The position numbers were made by a program, and so were the translations under genes. This document shows, piece after piece, positions 34,803 to 37,202 of a stretch of DNA of 37,202 nt. Each line of letters opens with the position of its first letter. Positions within the stretch are counted from its first letter, which is position 1. Below the pieces are notes generated by a model that saw only the letters and a list, made by a program, of their open reading frames with translations, did not search any database and had not been told where the DNA came from. Source of the DNA: a virus (Duplodnaviria > Caudoviricetes); IMG/VR virus record IMGVR_UViG_3300006162_000030, positions 1 to 37,202 of that record. One strand, 5' to 3'.

Positions 34803-35417
34803 ATGAGCGCTTCTGCAGCGCCGTTCGGATTCCGCCCCATCTACCATCCTTCGGGGCTGGATCGCGCGCGGCCTTACACGATTCAAGCGTCGTACGTCAC
34901 GCAGATTGCCAAGAACGATCCTGTTGCCTTCGGCACGACCACCGCTCTCGGCACGGTCATCGCTGGCGGCACCACGGGCGACCTTCTCGGCACCCTGGTC
35001 GGCGTGCAGTACCTCGATTTCACCGGCAAGCCCACCATCAGCAACTTCTGGCCCACGGGCGGTGTTGCCAACGCGACGCAGATTGTCGCCTGGGTCATGG
35101 ATGACCCGGCGGACATCTTCGAGGCGCAGACTGACGGCACCTTTGCCGTGCTCGCCAACGTCGCAACGGCCACGAACTGGCTGCAGGGCGTGCTCGGCGC
35201 GCAGATGAACTCGGTCAACGAGAGCGCTGCGAATGCCACGACCGGCATCAGTCAGGCCAAGCTCGCGGGGTCCACCGTGACCGCTTCCGCACAGGCGCAG
35301 TTCCGGATCATCGAGCCGGGGCAGCAAGTCGATAACAATTTCTTGACCGATACGTTCGTGATCTTTCAGTGCTCGATCGCGCAGCACCACTACGTGTCGA
35401 ACAAGGTCGCGGTCTAA
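34803..35417 (+). CDS. capsid decoration / minor head protein
   Basis: MSASAAPFGFRP...LGTLVGVQY.D..G.P....WP...VMDDP..IFEAQ, immediately upstream of the major capsid gene. Confidence 0.7.
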   Translation: MSASAAPFGFRPIYHPSGLDRARPYTIQASYVTQIAKNDPVAFGTTTALGTVIAGGTTGDLLGTLVGVQYLDFTGKPTISNFWPTGGVANATQIVAWVMDDPADIFEAQTDGTFAVLANVATATNWLQGVLGAQMNSVNESAANATTGISQAKLAGSTVTASAQAQFRIIEPGQQVDNNFLTDTFVIFQCSIAQHHYVSNKVAV

Positions 35418-35432
35418 CCGGAGAAGGACGCC

Positions 35433-36353
35433 ATGGCACTTCCAATGCGCAGTACCGACTTCCGGTCGATTGTCGAACCGATTCTCAACGAAGCGTTCGA
35501 TGGCGTGTACGACCAGCGCCGCGACGAGTACAAGCAGATCCTCGTCGAGAAGGACGGCATTCCCCGGAATTACCACGAAGAACCTGTGTTGTACGGTTTC
35601 GGAGCTGCGCCGCAGCTGCCCGACGGACAGCCGGTCAACTACCAACAGGGCGGCGTGCTCTTCGTCAAGCGCTACTACTACCAAGTCTTCGGGCTTGCGT
35701 ACGCGCTCACGAAGGTGCTCGTCGAAGACGGCGATCACATCCGTATCGGCACGATCTTCGCGGAGCACCTCGCGCAGTCGCTGATGGAGACGAAGGAGAC
35801 GCTCTCTGCGAATGTCCTCAACTTCGCCTTTAACACCTCCGGCTCGTACAACGGCGGCGACGGCGTGTCGCTCATCAACACGGGGCACCCGATTGTCGGT
35901 GGCACGTTCAGCAACCAGCTCAACACCGCAGCCGCGCTTTCGCAAACGTCGCTGGAGCAGATGCTCATCCAGATCCGTCTTGCGGTCGACAACAACGGCA
36001 AGAAGATCCGCCTGGAGCCCCGCAAGCTCGTGGTGCACCCGGCGAACATCTTCCAGGCCGAAGTGCTCCTGAAGAGCGTTTTGCGCACCGGCACGACCAA
36101 CAACGACATCAACCCTGTGAAGTCGATGGGGTTGCTGGAGGCCGAGCCCGCCGTCATCTCCCGTCTCACCTCTCCCACCGCGTGGTGGATCCTCACCGAC
36201 GCGCCGCAGGGCGCGAAGTTGCTGGTCCGTCGTCGGCTGGAGAAGTCGATGGAAGGCGACTTCGAGACCGACTCGATCCGCTACAAGGCCACGGAACGCT
36301 ACATCCCGGGCTGGACGGATCCTCGCTGCTACTTCGGCACCCCGGGCCAGTAA
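35433..36353 (+). CDS. major capsid protein (HK97 fold, Mu gpT-like)
   Basis: 306 aa with GFGAAP..PDG..V.Y, KETLSANVLN.AF, GGDGVSL....HP, LEPRKLVVHP and DFETDSIRYKATERY..GWTDPR..FG.PG. Confidence 0.9.
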   Translation: MALPMRSTDFRSIVEPILNEAFDGVYDQRRDEYKQILVEKDGIPRNYHEEPVLYGFGAAPQLPDGQPVNYQQGGVLFVKRYYYQVFGLAYALTKVLVEDGDHIRIGTIFAEHLAQSLMETKETLSANVLNFAFNTSGSYNGGDGVSLINTGHPIVGGTFSNQLNTAAALSQTSLEQMLIQIRLAVDNNGKKIRLEPRKLVVHPANIFQAEVLLKSVLRTGTTNNDINPVKSMGLLEAEPAVISRLTSPTAWWILTDAPQGAKLLVRRRLEKSMEGDFETDSIRYKATERYIPGWTDPRCYFGTPGQ

Positions 36354-36379
36354 CCCACTGAGACAAGGAGGGCTACAAA

Positions 36380-37202
36380 ATGGCTCGTTCCGTAGTTACG
36401 GGTCCGGTGATCGTCGCGGGGAATACCAACCCCACGCAGATCCAGGACAGCGACGCGGGCCCTTCCCTGATCTTCCAGGGGCAGGGCCTGATCGATCCGC
36501 GGCTCGTCGCGCTGATCGACGCAGCTCCGGGACGCCTCGTCCCGGGGTTCTACAACAGCGAGATGATTTCGCTGATCGACGCCGTGCCCTCCGCTTCGGC
36601 AGCGGGCAATCTCGACAGTCAGGCGGGCGGTCTCGTGATTCCGGCGGGGGGCAATACGACCCCGCGCACGATCAATGCGGCAACGCAGTCGATCGCGGTT
36701 TCCACGAACCTCCCGCTCGACGTTTTCCCGCCCGGTCCGGTGGACACCGTCGTTACGGTGCCCGGTACCCTGGACTTCGGCTTCACGACGGGAACGGGAA
36801 CGGCGGGGCAGACCACGGTCACGATCCCGGCAGGCGCGTTCAAGTTCTTCCACAAGGGGCAGGCGATCATGATCGCGGGTGCGGGGGCGAGCGGTTCGCT
36901 CCCCCTCATCACGCAGGTGGCCGCTGCGCCCGTTGTCGGCGGAACGACGATCTCGATCACCACTCCGATCGGCACCAGCTTCACCAGCCAACCGATCGGC
37001 GCGGCGGAGCCGGATCTCGTCGGGCAGCCCAACTACACGACCACCACCGGAACTTGGCCGCTCATCGCGGCAGGAACGGCGGTGGCGCTGTGGGATCCGA
37101 CGCAGATGCTTGCGCGGTGCCTGCGCGTGGTTTCGTCGAGCGCTTCGGATACGTCGGCGTTCACCGTGACGGTACGGGGTTGGGACGTGTACGGTGTCCC
37201 GA
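36380..37202 (+). CDS. virion structural protein (truncated at window edge)
   Basis: Not in the ORF track. AAGGAGG RBS, then MARSVVTGPVIVAGNTNPTQIQDSDAGPSLIFQGQGLIDPR; T/G/A-rich, reading VRGWDVYGVP at the edge. Confidence 0.7.
   Translation, partial: MARSVVTGPVIVAGNTNPTQIQDSDAGPSLIFQGQGLIDPRLVALIDAAPGRLVPGFYNSEMISLIDAVPSASAAGNLDSQAGGLVIPAGGNTTPRTINAATQSIAVSTNLPLDVFPPGPVDTVVTVPGTLDFGFTTGTGTAGQTTVTIPAGAFKFFHKGQAIMIAGAGASGSLPLITQVAAAPVVGGTTISITTPIGTSFTSQPIGAAEPDLVGQPNYTTTTGTWPLIAAGTAVALWDPTQMLARCLRVVSSSASDTSAFTVTVRGWDVYGVP

Noticed and set aside
1-37202. Prophage or lysogeny, and alternative genetic code
   Set aside because: No integrase, repressor or host genes are visible. All core genes are intact under the standard code, with TAG, TGA and TAA all used as stops.

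Overview
This is a 37.2 kb fragment of a GC-rich tailed-phage (Caudoviricetes) genome with two divergent arms. The minus-strand arm (1-14.9 kb) carries early and replication genes: a Toprim primase-helicase fusion, a UvrD-like SF1 helicase, a putative SSB/annealing protein, the N-terminus of a family A DNA polymerase running off the left edge, and about 30 small hypothetical genes driven by duplicated sigma70-type promoters. An AT-rich segment with ten GGTACA/TGTACC repeats (14.94-15.21 kb, probable origin) separates the arms. The plus-strand arm carries a putative small terminase, an inserted head-spike/beta-helix cassette, the large terminase, an 891-aa probable internal virion protein, a 1061-aa portal, a Zn-finger/beta-protein/Pro-rich-repeat cassette, a GroES-like co-chaperonin, a scaffold-like protein, a decoration protein, the major capsid protein and a truncated virion protein. 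The most notable unexplained signals are a structured leader with an H-type pseudoknot ahead of the putative SSB operon (gene-32-like architecture), a structured RNA leader ahead of the capsid genes, a recurrent (F/Y/M/L/K)xxGG peptide motif across late proteins, and a 67-aa Pro-rich tandem-repeat protein paired with a small beta-protein. I saw no integrase, tRNA or CRISPR array. All calls come from reading motifs by eye; no searches were run.
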